Shown: one piece after another, positions 9,669 through 18,105 of the stretch | Layout: every line of letters begins with the position of its first letter | How positions within the stretch are numbered: the first letter of the stretch is position 1 | IMG/VR virus record: IMGVR_UViG_3300020577_004280 | Location: 32,001 to 96,000 of that record | From: a virus | Lineage: Duplodnaviria; Caudoviricetes | Reading direction: 5' to 3' (one strand) | Length of the DNA stretch: 64,000 nt | Made by a program: the position numbers and the translations under genes | Notes under the pieces: generated by a model | The model's database searches: none | What the model saw: only the letters and a program-made list of their open reading frames with translations | Told to the model about the DNA's origin: nothing

Positions 9669-10209
9669 AGAATTAGAAAGAAAATATCTAGAATTATTTG
9701 ATAAATTTTACAGAGATATCTACTGTGATGCAGAGTTGTTTATTAGACCATCCAGCGGATACAAACTCTTTACCGGCCAAATTATTAGTTACGATAATTT
9801 TGAACGAGATTTTCAGAGATTAGGATATAGCCCAATAGATTCAAACAAGATAGTTATTCTTTCATATCCTAAAAACATAGCTAAAGAATGACGAGTAGTC
9901 ATAGTTGATGGTAAAGCTATAACCTCTAGTGTGTATAAAGATAGAGGATACGCTATATCTAGTCCAACCCATACAGAAGATATTGATGAATTACATAAAT
10001 TTGCCGAAATGATAGCTAAGGAATATTCGCCAGAACCAATATTCTGTATTGATATCGGAGTATGTAGAAACCAAAACGAGTTAAAGTTAATAGAAATCAA
10101 TTCGTTTTCTTGCTCTGGACTTTACAAGTGTGACGAAACTATTATAGTTAAAGAAGTATCAGAACATTGTTGGAGGGAAAGTGAAATTCAAATTTGGCGA
10201 CAGAATTAA
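9667..10209 (+). pseudogene. ATP-grasp (R2K/DUF4343-like) pseudogene
   Basis: In-frame FIRPSSGYKLFTG...KE*RVVIVDGK...DIG...IEINSFSCSGLY; no start codon; TGA at 9889 in the EWR motif. Confidence 0.7.
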
Positions 10210-10921
10210 AAACTCAAATCTTAAAGGCACTATAGTTTGTGCTGAATTCGGAGCAGGATTAGAGCTATATGTGATATGTGCCGATAAACCATCAACACGT
10301 TATACATTTAAAAATATACAAAAACTAGCAAAAAAGGTTCCAGGCGATACTTGTACTGATAAAGAAGAACTAAGAAAATCTAGAGAACTTTGCGGGCTAA
10401 TTAATATTGGAGAAACCAAATATTGTCATCCTATTGTTAGTAATCAAACAGATTTTCAAGATTTTAAAAAAATTGGAGAACAACCAGTTATTGAATCCAA
10501 ATTTAAACTTGGAGACAAGGTTGTAACTAATAAAACTGGACCTATCAATGTAGGTGAAATTATTGGATATGTAGATTTATATAAATACTACACTTCTGTA
10601 TCGTGGGAAAAATTATATCCACAATGTTATTATAAACTATTATATTTTATCAAATTAGATACTCCAAATAAAAGTCTAACTATAGATGAGTTTGTTAAAG
10701 GACAATTACATAATTTAGATGGTATAGTATCTAAATTACCAAAAAATATTGTAGATATAGTTAAAAATAATTTAGAGGTTAACCCATCACTATTAGTCGA
10801 TGTAAATGAAGATTTAAAAGAAGTTTATCAAACATTACCAAACGTTTTTTCAATTTGTGCCCCAGAAGATGATTTGAGTTATGCTGACGGCGGTAATATC
10901 ATAGACAGTCTTTTAGACTAG
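10181..10921 (+). CDS. hypothetical protein with two SH3/KOW-like (FKxGD) units
   Basis: KFKFGDRIK and KFKLGDKVV repeats. Confidence 0.6.
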   Translation: MKFKFGDRIKNSNLKGTIVCAEFGAGLELYVICADKPSTRYTFKNIQKLAKKVPGDTCTDKEELRKSRELCGLINIGETKYCHPIVSNQTDFQDFKKIGEQPVIESKFKLGDKVVTNKTGPINVGEIIGYVDLYKYYTSVSWEKLYPQCYYKLLYFIKLDTPNKSLTIDEFVKGQLHNLDGIVSKLPKNIVDIVKNNLEVNPSLLVDVNEDLKEVYQTLPNVFSICAPEDDLSYADGGNIIDSLLD

Positions 10922-10933
10922 AGGAAAAGAAAT

Positions 10934-11173
10934 ATGGAAATCGCCACCCAAATGAATATATTGATTGTTTATTGCGTTTTATCATATATAATTAGCCCGT
11001 TTATCATTATTTATTGTCTTCGTATGGATATAAATAAAAATCAAACCGAACCAGAACAGGTTGGGTTTGTATACTGTATATCTCCTATATTTTGTTTTAT
11101 TATGATTCCAGCTATAATATTTAAGACATTCGGAGAATTATTAGAATCTACTGCTCGTGGTAATAAATTATGA
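10934..11173 (+). CDS. small membrane protein
   Basis: Hydrophobic ORF with SD. Confidence 0.5.
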   Translation: MEIATQMNILIVYCVLSYIISPFIIIYCLRMDINKNQTEPEQVGFVYCISPIFCFIMIPAIIFKTFGELLESTARGNKL

Positions 11174-11766
11174 GGGTATTGATAGCTTGTGAATTTTCAG
11201 GAGTAGTAAGAAGAGAGTTTGCTAAATTAGGACACGACGCTTGGTCTTGTGATTTACTTCCTGCGGAAGATAATGATAAAAACCATTTACAATGTAACGT
11301 ATTAGCAGTATTATCCCAAGACTGGGATTTAATGATTGCTCACCCACCATGCACATATTTATGTTCTTCTGGATTACATTGGAATACAAAAGATAAATCT
11401 CGTGCGGCACAAACAGAAATAGCTCTATATTTTGTACAAACATTACTAGATGCCCCAATTCATAAGATTGCTTTAGAAAATCCAATTGGATGTATCAGTA
11501 CAAGAATTCGCAAACCAGACCAGATTGTACAACCCTATCAATTTGGTCATGACGCGAGTAAAGCAACCTGTTTGTGGTTAAAGGGATTGGATAAACTAAT
11601 CCCGACAAAATATATTGAACCTAGAATCGTTAACGGTAAGAAAAGATGGGCGAATCAAACTGATAGTGGACAAAATAGATTACCACCATCAAAAGATAGA
11701 TGGGCGTTACGCAGTATAACGTATCAAGGTCTTGCGGAATGTATGGCAAATACTTGGGGGCAATAA
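11170..11766 (+). CDS. phage DNA cytosine methyltransferase-like protein
   Basis: MRVLIACEFSG, AHPPC catalytic motif, ENP motif. Confidence 0.75.
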   Translation: MRVLIACEFSGVVRREFAKLGHDAWSCDLLPAEDNDKNHLQCNVLAVLSQDWDLMIAHPPCTYLCSSGLHWNTKDKSRAAQTEIALYFVQTLLDAPIHKIALENPIGCISTRIRKPDQIVQPYQFGHDASKATCLWLKGLDKLIPTKYIEPRIVNGKKRWANQTDSGQNRLPPSKDRWALRSITYQGLAECMANTWGQ

Positions 11767-11848
11767 TGACAGTCTTAGGAATCTTCGGCGGAATATATTT
11801 GACGACAATTTTGGTAGAAATTCTCATAAATGGACAAAGGAGTTGTCC

Positions 11849-12652
11849 ATGAACGTGTTAATTACCGGTGGCTATGGATTTATCGGCTCATATTTATATA
11901 ACCAACTTAATAATCAGCCTGAAAGATTGAAAGATAATTGGAACATAATTCAATCCAGTAAAAATGGATTTTATAGTCAATTAGATAAAAAATTTGATAT
12001 AATCTACCATCTAGCAGCATACTCAAGAGTGCCTGGCTCTAACCTACCCGAGAATCATATATTTGAAAACAATATAGTTTCCTTACAACAATCATTGGAG
12101 TTAGCTAGACAAACTGGGGCCAAATTAGTCTTTACCTCTACGAGTTACTGCAATGTCAGTAAAAACGCAAACTATTATGCTTTTTCCAAACATATTGGAG
12201 AACAGTTATGTGAATTTTATCATAAAACTTATAACGTCGATGTTGCGGTTGTGAGACTTTTCAACGTGTATGGAAATCAAATTTCTAACTATCCCCAATG
12301 GAAACTTGGCGTAATTGACAAATTTTTGCTTGACAAATCTCTTGGAGCCGGATACATTATCAACAACACAGGTGAGCAACGACGCGACTACGTTCATATT
12401 TCCGATGTTGTCTCAGCCCTAATAATTCTTGGATTCAACAAAACTAATCCATTAAAACTGTATGAAGTTGGTACAGGAGAAACATATTCAGTCAACGAAA
12501 TAGCGAAAATGATTTTCGGCGATATGAAACCTTTAGCACAAATTAAGGTAAGTGGCGAGATTATGAATTCTCAATCATTAGGCGGTATTCAACACATGAT
12601 TGAGCTAGGATGGAAACATAAAATAAACTTGACTAATTTTTTGAAATCTTAA
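11849..12652 (+). CDS. NAD-dependent epimerase/dehydratase
   Basis: VLITGGYGFIG, YAFSK (YxxxK), RLFNVYG, RDYVHI; start moved from 11732 to ATG 11849 after AAGGAG. Confidence 0.9.
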   Translation: MNVLITGGYGFIGSYLYNQLNNQPERLKDNWNIIQSSKNGFYSQLDKKFDIIYHLAAYSRVPGSNLPENHIFENNIVSLQQSLELARQTGAKLVFTSTSYCNVSKNANYYAFSKHIGEQLCEFYHKTYNVDVAVVRLFNVYGNQISNYPQWKLGVIDKFLLDKSLGAGYIINNTGEQRRDYVHISDVVSALIILGFNKTNPLKLYEVGTGETYSVNEIAKMIFGDMKPLAQIKVSGEIMNSQSLGGIQHMIELGWKHKINLTNFLKS

Positions 12653-12670
12653 AAATTTTTTATAATCACC

Positions 12671-12699
12671 TTGATATTTTACCAATCAGTGATTATACT
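12671..12699 (+). promoter_or_regulatory. sigma70-like promoter
   Basis: TTGATA-17 nt-TATACT. Confidence 0.65.
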
Positions 12700-12728
12700 A
12701 ATGTTGTAGTTGGGAGGAAAAACAAACT

Positions 12729-12968
12729 ATGTTCTTTTTTGGTAAAATTAATTACGCTAAACAATTACGAAATAAATTAAACTTGATACAAAATGGTGAT
12801 GATGTATGTATCAAATATAAATATAGGGATGGTCGAATAGAGGAAATTACTGGTTCTAAAGGAAGGAATTCATCTGGCTTCAGACTGCTTACTCAAGGTG
12901 ATAATGACTATAAAGAGTATAGTTACGATAATATAATTGAATTAGTATCATGGAAAGCATCAACATGA
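12729..12968 (+). CDS. hypothetical protein
   Basis: GGAGG SD; ORF. Confidence 0.6.
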   Translation: MFFFGKINYAKQLRNKLNLIQNGDDVCIKYKYRDGRIEEITGSKGRNSSGFRLLTQGDNDYKEYSYDNIIELVSWKAST

Positions 12969-13219
12969 TAGAATGTATACCGTTTTTACCGTGGATAATT
13001 TCGATACCAATTTTACGTTACTTGTACTCTCTTGGATACTTTGAAAGTGAAAAACAAGACCCAGCTAGTGAACAAATATTTGTATCTATGTTGTGGATGT
13101 TGTCACCATTAGTTATAATTGGTTGTATTATGTATTTATCAGCTATCAGTTTATTTTCTGTGATTTCTACACCAATGAAGTTACCAACCTTTACCACCAA
13201 AATTAAATATAAGGAATAA
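12950..13219 (+). CDS. small membrane protein
   Basis: Two hydrophobic segments. Confidence 0.5.
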   Translation: MESINMIECIPFLPWIISIPILRYLYSLGYFESEKQDPASEQIFVSMLWMLSPLVIIGCIMYLSAISLFSVISTPMKLPTFTTKIKYKE

Positions 13220-13222
13220 ATT

Positions 13223-13489
13223 ATGGATATTAAATTTAAAAGTTATGACCCAATACATAAATCAGCCGCGTCATTTGGTTTATCACTACGAAAAGCGGAT
13301 TTATTTAACAATCCGGTTGCCAGTGATACTGATTTAGTTTATAAAGGATATAAATTATGTGGACAGCTCATAACTAATGGTAATACATATACATTAGAGG
13401 TATTTAACAACGTTAATACACTTCACGCGTTTGCTTCAGATATTGAAGCTACAACTGACAAAAAAGTTATATTTAAGATTGAAGACTGA
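13223..13489 (+). CDS. hypothetical protein
   Basis: AAGGA SD; ORF. Confidence 0.55.
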   Translation: MDIKFKSYDPIHKSAASFGLSLRKADLFNNPVASDTDLVYKGYKLCGQLITNGNTYTLEVFNNVNTLHAFASDIEATTDKKVIFKIED

Positions 13490-13680
13490 TGAAAATCAAT
13501 TATAAGGTTACAAGCAGAGATTCAGAATATTTGAATTTACTATCCAAAATTCTTGAAAACTTCAGTTTACTATTAATTCCAGTATATATTTGTCTATTAG
13601 CAATAATAATACTATATTGGAAAATAATATTAGCTACATTAATTGTTGTAGTAGTAATTAAACAATTTATACCGAGATAG
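13489..13680 (+). CDS. small membrane protein
   Basis: Hydrophobic ORF; end overlaps the following RNA. Confidence 0.5.
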   Translation: MKINYKVTSRDSEYLNLLSKILENFSLLLIPVYICLLAIIILYWKIILATLIVVVVIKQFIPR

Positions 13681-13793
13681 CTCAGGTAGCAGAGCAACAA
13701 AGTCCAGTGAATTATTCATTATTTGCCAGTAATGGATGCGGAATAATCTACATATCAATTTGTAGGTCGTAGGTGCGAGTCCTACTCTCGGTT
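13671..13793 (+). ncRNA. Y RNA-like (YrlA-type) RNA with tRNA-like termini
   Basis: ACCGAGA/TCTCGGT acceptor, GCTC..GAGC D arm, GTAGG-TGCGAGT-CCTAC T arm; anticodon arm replaced by TTTGCCA-GTAA-TGGATG...TACAT stem; directly upstream of Ro60. Confidence 0.75.
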
Positions 13794-13855
13794 TTATTAC
13801 ATTGTCCTTTTAGGAAACTTAAACCATCGCTAAGCGATGTAGAGGAATGAAAATC

Positions 13856-15427
13856 ATGGTAAACAAATCAATGTTCAAAACTAACACACAAACAAAGCTT
13901 GTAAAGAACGAAGCTGGTGGTAACGCCTTCAGTCTTTCTGACGAAAATGCTCTATGTCAAATGGTTGTAACCAACTGTTTTAATGGAGTATATTACTCAA
14001 GTGCCGAAGAACTATTAAATAACGTGAAAAACATCCTAAAAGGATGTAGTTCACAATTAGTAGCTAAAGCCGCTGTGTATGGCCACGAGCAAGGTAGAAT
14101 GAAGGATATGCCAGCGTATCTACTAGCTGTTTTAGCTGCTCGCGGCGAAACAAAACTAGTTAACAGAATCTTCAATAGAGTTATTACTAACGCTAAAATG
14201 TTGTGTAACTTTGTACAAATTATTCGTAGCGGTGAAACTGGTCGTAAGTCATTTGGTTCTTCAATTAAGAAACTAATCCAAAATTGGCTAAATAATAGAA
14301 CACCAGATAGATTGTTTGATGACGCAGTTGGTCACGCCAAACCATCGTTAGCAGATGTAATTAAGATGGTTCACCCAAAACCATCTACTCCAGCACACGA
14401 AGCTATGTTTGCTTACCTAATCGGTAAGGATTATAATTGGGAAGTTATGCCAGAAAGAGTACGTCAATACGAAATCTTTAAGAAAACATCTGAAGGAAGT
14501 GTACCACAAGTAGATTTTCGTCTTTTGTCCAATCTGAAGTTATCTGACCTTCAATGGCGTGAAGTAGCTCTTAATATGAGATGGGATACATTACGACGTA
14601 ACCTAAACACAATTGGTCGTAATAATGTTCTCACTGATGATAAAACAGTAAAACTACTAGCTCGTAAACTAGGAGATGGAGAAACTGTACGGAAAGTGAA
14701 AGCTTTCCCATACGAATTACTTACAACTTATCTAAACGCTACAGACTTACCACAAACTCTTAAAAACTCACTACACGACGCTCTAGAAGCTTCTGTAGAT
14801 AATATTCCTGATTTCGGTATTAAGACTGTAGTATGTGTAGATACATCTGGTTCAATGTCCTCACCAATTACTGGTAGTCGTGGTACTGCTACTAGCAAGG
14901 CAACTTGTGTACAAGTAGCATCAGTTATCGCGGCATCAATATTGCGTAAGAATAGCGAACACACTTTAGTATTACCGTTTGATACATCTGTTCACTCTAT
15001 TCAAATTGATGGTAGAGATACTATCATGACTAACTCCCAAAAATTAGCTAGAAATGGTGGTGGTACAGATTGTAGTTGTGCATTACGTCACCTTAACCAC
15101 ACAGACCATAAGGCTGATTTGGTAATTTATGTATCTGATAATATGAGTTGGGCAGATTATGCTAGTAATCGAGGAGGATGTTGGTGGGCTGGCGGGTATA
15201 ATAATATCACCGGAACTAAAGCTGAATGGCAAAGCTATAAAAAACGTAACCCAAACGCCAAATTAGTTCTTATTGACCTACAACCATATACTACAACTCA
15301 AGTTAGTGATAGTAAGGATGTACTTAATATTGGCGGTTGGAATGATGCTCAATTTACAGCAATCGAAAGATTCGTAAATGGAGAAAAATTAGATTTTACC
15401 AAGATAATAAAAGAAACCACTATCTAA
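13856..15427 (+). CDS. rsr: Ro60/Rsr TROVE-vWA RNA-binding protein
   Basis: NEAGG N-terminus, RMKD, DVIKMVHPKP, TLRRNL, VDTSGSM MIDAS, GGGTD, VSDN; start moved from 13847 for SD spacing. Confidence 0.92.
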   Translation: MVNKSMFKTNTQTKLVKNEAGGNAFSLSDENALCQMVVTNCFNGVYYSSAEELLNNVKNILKGCSSQLVAKAAVYGHEQGRMKDMPAYLLAVLAARGETKLVNRIFNRVITNAKMLCNFVQIIRSGETGRKSFGSSIKKLIQNWLNNRTPDRLFDDAVGHAKPSLADVIKMVHPKPSTPAHEAMFAYLIGKDYNWEVMPERVRQYEIFKKTSEGSVPQVDFRLLSNLKLSDLQWREVALNMRWDTLRRNLNTIGRNNVLTDDKTVKLLARKLGDGETVRKVKAFPYELLTTYLNATDLPQTLKNSLHDALEASVDNIPDFGIKTVVCVDTSGSMSSPITGSRGTATSKATCVQVASVIAASILRKNSEHTLVLPFDTSVHSIQIDGRDTIMTNSQKLARNGGGTDCSCALRHLNHTDHKADLVIYVSDNMSWADYASNRGGCWWAGGYNNITGTKAEWQSYKKRNPNAKLVLIDLQPYTTTQVSDSKDVLNIGGWNDAQFTAIERFVNGEKLDFTKIIKETTI

Positions 15428-15445
15428 CGATAGTGTATTATGGAA

Positions 15446-15516
15446 AATTCCGAATGCTCGTGTCGATTACATCGAAAATGATTTCACCAAAAAATCGCAC
15501 AATTTTTGTCGGATTT
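15446..15516 (+). ncRNA. minimal Y RNA-like element 1
   Basis: TCCGA-ATG...GTGTCGATT-ACAT...AATCGCAC-AATTTTTG-TCGGA. Confidence 0.7.
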
Positions 15517-15546
15517 ATCTTTTAAACTACGTTTTCATCAGAAAAC

Positions 15547-15556
15547 GGTGTATAAT
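15547..15556 (+). promoter_or_regulatory. putative phage promoter GGTGTATAAT
   Basis: 45 nt upstream of ORF 15601. Confidence 0.45.
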
Positions 15557-15600
15557 ACTGTGTAAGATGTTAGTTAATTAAAACGGAGATTAGAAGTATC

Positions 15601-15759
15601 ATGAAGAAAATTATTAGTTTAGTATGTGTTTTAGCTATTGTCACATCAGTTGGAATTGCTGAAGCTGGTAAAAAGGGTTGTCGTAAAGGTAAGTGTTCTG
15701 CGCAAACCTGTGCTTGCGGTGTAAACTGTCAATGCGGCGATAATTGTAATTGTAAGTAA
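15601..15759 (+). CDS. secreted Cys-rich metallothionein-like peptide (52 aa)
   Basis: Signal peptide ending AEA, then GCRKGKCSAQTCACGVNCQCGDNCNCK; GGAG SD. Confidence 0.65.
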   Translation: MKKIISLVCVLAIVTSVGIAEAGKKGCRKGKCSAQTCACGVNCQCGDNCNCK

Positions 15760-15804
15760 TAATTAGAGTTTTGCTGTTCTCAATTATCAAAAACGGCAAT
15801 TTAT

Positions 15805-15876
15805 CGCGGGTGGTAGGTCAGCATCTTCTAACCCTCATAAGGTTAGCAAACGTCGGGCGGCACGACGACTCCGCAA
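15805..15876 (+). tRNA. tRNA-Met(CAU), atypical
   Basis: TAACC-CTCATAA-GGTTA; C1:A72-like mismatch; T loop GGCGGCA. Confidence 0.65.
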
Positions 15877-15877
15877 T

Positions 15878-15944
15878 TTCTCAAATGCTTTAGTAAACTA
15901 CATAGGCTTTTATCTAAATAACGTTTACTTGATTTTGTTGAGAA
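15878..15944 (+). ncRNA. minimal Y RNA-like element 2
   Basis: TTCTCAA-ATG...AGTAAAC-TACAT...GTTTACT-TGATTTTG-TTGAGAA. Confidence 0.7.
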
Positions 15945-15950
15945 TTATAC

Positions 15951-16021
15951 AGCCAGTGGCAGGTAGGCATCTGGAAACCTCCCATAAGGGTTTTTAAGGA
16001 ATTCGATTTTCCAACTGGCTA
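15951..16021 (+). tRNA. tRNA-Met/Ile2(CAU), atypical
   Basis: AGCCAGT/ACTGGCT, AACCT-CCCATAA-GGGTT, GGAA-TTCGATT-TTCC. Confidence 0.65.
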
Positions 16022-16040
16022 CTAATCTTTGAGAGAAAGT

Positions 16041-16131
16041 ATGACAAAATATACACTAGATGAATTAACGAACGCTGTAAAAATAGTTTTAGTATTTCTG
16101 CTGATATTGGCAAAAACAAAAATATAGTAAA
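16041..16131 (+). pseudogene. internally deleted HNH endonuclease remnant
   Basis: MTKYTLDELTNAVK(NSFSIS) joined to a YWQK end; both ends resemble ORF 16910-17770. Confidence 0.45.
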
Positions 16132-16132
16132 A

Positions 16133-16207
16133 GGGCTATTGGCACAGCGGCAACTGCAATAGATTTACATTCTATCCCAATCGTAGGTTCGAGTCCTACA
16201 TAGCCCA
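16133..16207 (+). tRNA. tRNA-Val(UAC)
   Basis: GGGCTAT/ATAGCCC, ATAGA-TTTACAT-TCTAT, canonical T arm. Confidence 0.9.
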
Positions 16208-16210
16208 TTT

Positions 16211-16337
16211 TGGTCGGTAGTTTAAGTAAAATGTACAAAGTTTAACTACCATCTCTTGCTGAGGAATCAGATGCTCGGCTAGTTTACATATTCTTCTGGT
16301 AAAGGAAAGATGTGGGTATCAAATCCCACCCGACCAC
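16211..16337 (+). ncRNA. tRNA-Thr(GGU)-like / Y RNA hybrid
   Basis: TGGTCGG/CCGACCA acceptor, TTCTT-CTGGTAA-AGGAA anticodon arm, GTGGG/CCCAC T arm, inserted CTTGCTGA-GGAA-TCAGATG...TACAT arm. Confidence 0.7.
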
Positions 16338-16378
16338 TATAATTAAGTTATGGCAACTAGCCATATAGGATTTTATCA

Positions 16379-16591
16379 TTGTCAGAGACAATAAAGGAAA
16401 AGAAAATGCAAAAAGTAGACATGTCGGTTAAGGGACAAAATCGTAGGGTTTATCTAGAGAAGGCTATTAATAAGAATAGCTGGCTAGCTAGAGTATATGT
16501 AGGAAGCTCTGTAGTATCTGGAAAATTAGTAAAATATTCCAATGGTGCCAAGAGATTCTATCCATTAGGTAAAAATGCTAATCTAATTTAG
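16379..16591 (+). CDS. small basic hypothetical protein
   Basis: ORF; likely start ATG 16406. Confidence 0.55.
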   Translation: MSETIKEKKMQKVDMSVKGQNRRVYLEKAINKNSWLARVYVGSSVVSGKLVKYSNGAKRFYPLGKNANLI

Positions 16592-16728
16592 ACTTACCCG
16601 CCATGTGTGGGAAAAGATGTCGCACCGTCTCTAATACAGGCGAGGCGAATTTAATAAAACGGTTGGTGACGGTTATCCAAAATTAGCTAATGCTCCGGCT
16701 TCAAAACTAATTTAAAAACTGAAGATAT

Positions 16729-16816
16729 TCCAGTGGGGGTACTAACGGTAGTATCGTTCGGCTGTTAACCGAAAATGGGAGAAATCCCTATGCAAGTTCG
16801 AGTCTTGCCGCTGGAG
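16729..16816 (+). tRNA. tRNA-Asn(GUU) with long variable arm
   Basis: TCCAGTG/CGCTGGA-G, TTCGG-CTGTTAA-CCGAA, V arm GGGA-GAAA-TCCC. Confidence 0.85.
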
Positions 16817-16818
16817 CT

Positions 16819-16885
16819 AATCTGAATACTCATAAGAAGTACATATCTGTTAAATATCAATCCTTCTTATATCTCTTGTCAGATT
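16819..16885 (+). ncRNA. minimal Y RNA-like element 3
   Basis: AATCTGA-ATA...ATAAGAAG-TACAT...CTTCTTAT-ATCTCTTG-TCAGATT. Confidence 0.7.
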
Positions 16886-16909
16886 CTTCTAAATACATAG
16901 TATAATAAA

Positions 16910-17770
16910 ATGAGTCAAAACCCAAAACTTACCAAGGAGATATTATCTCCATTAATTAATAAAGGTCTGAATGGAAGAGAAATAGCAGAAACTCTAGGTT
17001 ATTCTATATCTTATATACAACATCTAATGAGCAGATTAAATCTTAAATGTATAAGTAAAGATAAATATAAAAAAGATAAAATTGAAAAAGCCGTAAAAGA
17101 TTCGTTGTGTTTTAAAGATGTCTGTAGAAATCTGGATATTTCCCACCAAGGTGGAGCCTATATTAAACTAAAAATTCTTATTAAAAAATATAACATAGAT
17201 TGCTCCCATTTTCTTGGTAGTTCAGCATACTCTGGTAAAAGAAGAAAAAATTATCAGCCCGCCAAAAACGTGTTGCACGATAAGCATGAATTTAGGGTAT
17301 CATCAGAACAATTGAGAAGCCAAATGCTTGCCAACGGATTTGAATACATATGCGTAGAATGTGGGCAACAACCAGTTTGGAATAATAAACCTCTAACATT
17401 GCATATTGACCATATAAACGGTAACAATTGCGATAATCGAAAAGAAAATTTAAGATTTTTGTGTCCACACTGTCATAGCCAAACACCTAATTTTGGAAGT
17501 AAAAATTCTAAAAGAAATAAGAAAATATATTATTGTTTATGTGGCAATAAGAAAGAGAAAAAGTCAATTTCTTGCCAACAATGTTGTGTATTAAGAAAAA
17601 ATGACAAAATTCCTAAAAAAGAAGAATTAGAAAATCTTATTTGGGTAATACCCTCTACACATATAGCTAAAAAATATGGAGTGAGTGATAGAGCTATCGG
17701 AAAATGGTGTGTTAAATATAATATTGCTAAACCACCAAGAGGGTATTGGTTGAAAAATAAAGTGGTCTGA
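16910..17770 (+). mobile_element. HNH homing endonuclease
   Basis: LHIDHINGNNCDNRKENLRFLCPHCHSQT; HTH termini; C-terminal PPRGYW; stop lies inside tRNA-Phe. Confidence 0.85.
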
Positions 17771-17834
17771 GCCGGTATGGTTATGGCTTCCGCTTGAAAT
17801 CCGGAAAAAATAAGTTCAATTCTTATAGACCACA
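17762..17834 (+). tRNA. tRNA-Phe(GAA)
   Basis: GTGGTCT/AGACCAC, loop TTGAAAT, ATAAG-TTCAATT-CTTAT. Confidence 0.75.
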
Positions 17835-18030
17835 CTATTAGCAAAAGTAACCAACTATCGCTATTGGAGTAGACGGTGTTGTAGATTTGCTAACTCTTAT
17901 TTTACAATTAATTTCGGAGTAGTTAACCGATACGTGTTAGTTTGTAAAATATTTTCCAAGTTTAGTAAAATTTGGTGGTGGGAAGGTGCAAACACCCTCA
18001 TGTTCGGTCTAACATTAAAATAGACCATAT

Positions 18031-18103
18031 AGTGTCGAAGATTTGATAGTAAATCGGGTGGTCTGGAGCCATCAGACTGTGAGTGCAACTCTCACCGACG
18101 CTA
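18031..18103 (+). tRNA. tRNA-Pro(UGG), atypical
   Basis: AGTGTCG/CGACGCT, GGTGG-TCTGGAG-CCATC, GTGAG-TGCAACT-CTCAC. Confidence 0.6.
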
Positions 18104-18105
18104 CT

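Noticed and set aside
9889-9891. TGA-to-Trp recoding (genetic code 4)
   Set aside because: Single case in an already truncated gene; many genes end in TGA with ATGA overlaps; no UCA-anticodon tRNA seen
13671-13793. Intron-containing tRNA (also 16211-16337)
   Set aside because: Inserts are too short for group I/II introns and carry the same motif as the free-standing Y-like elements
16591-16650. HDV-like/theta ribozyme or riboswitch (GGCGAAT)
   Set aside because: Two hairpins are visible but the nested double pseudoknot could not be built
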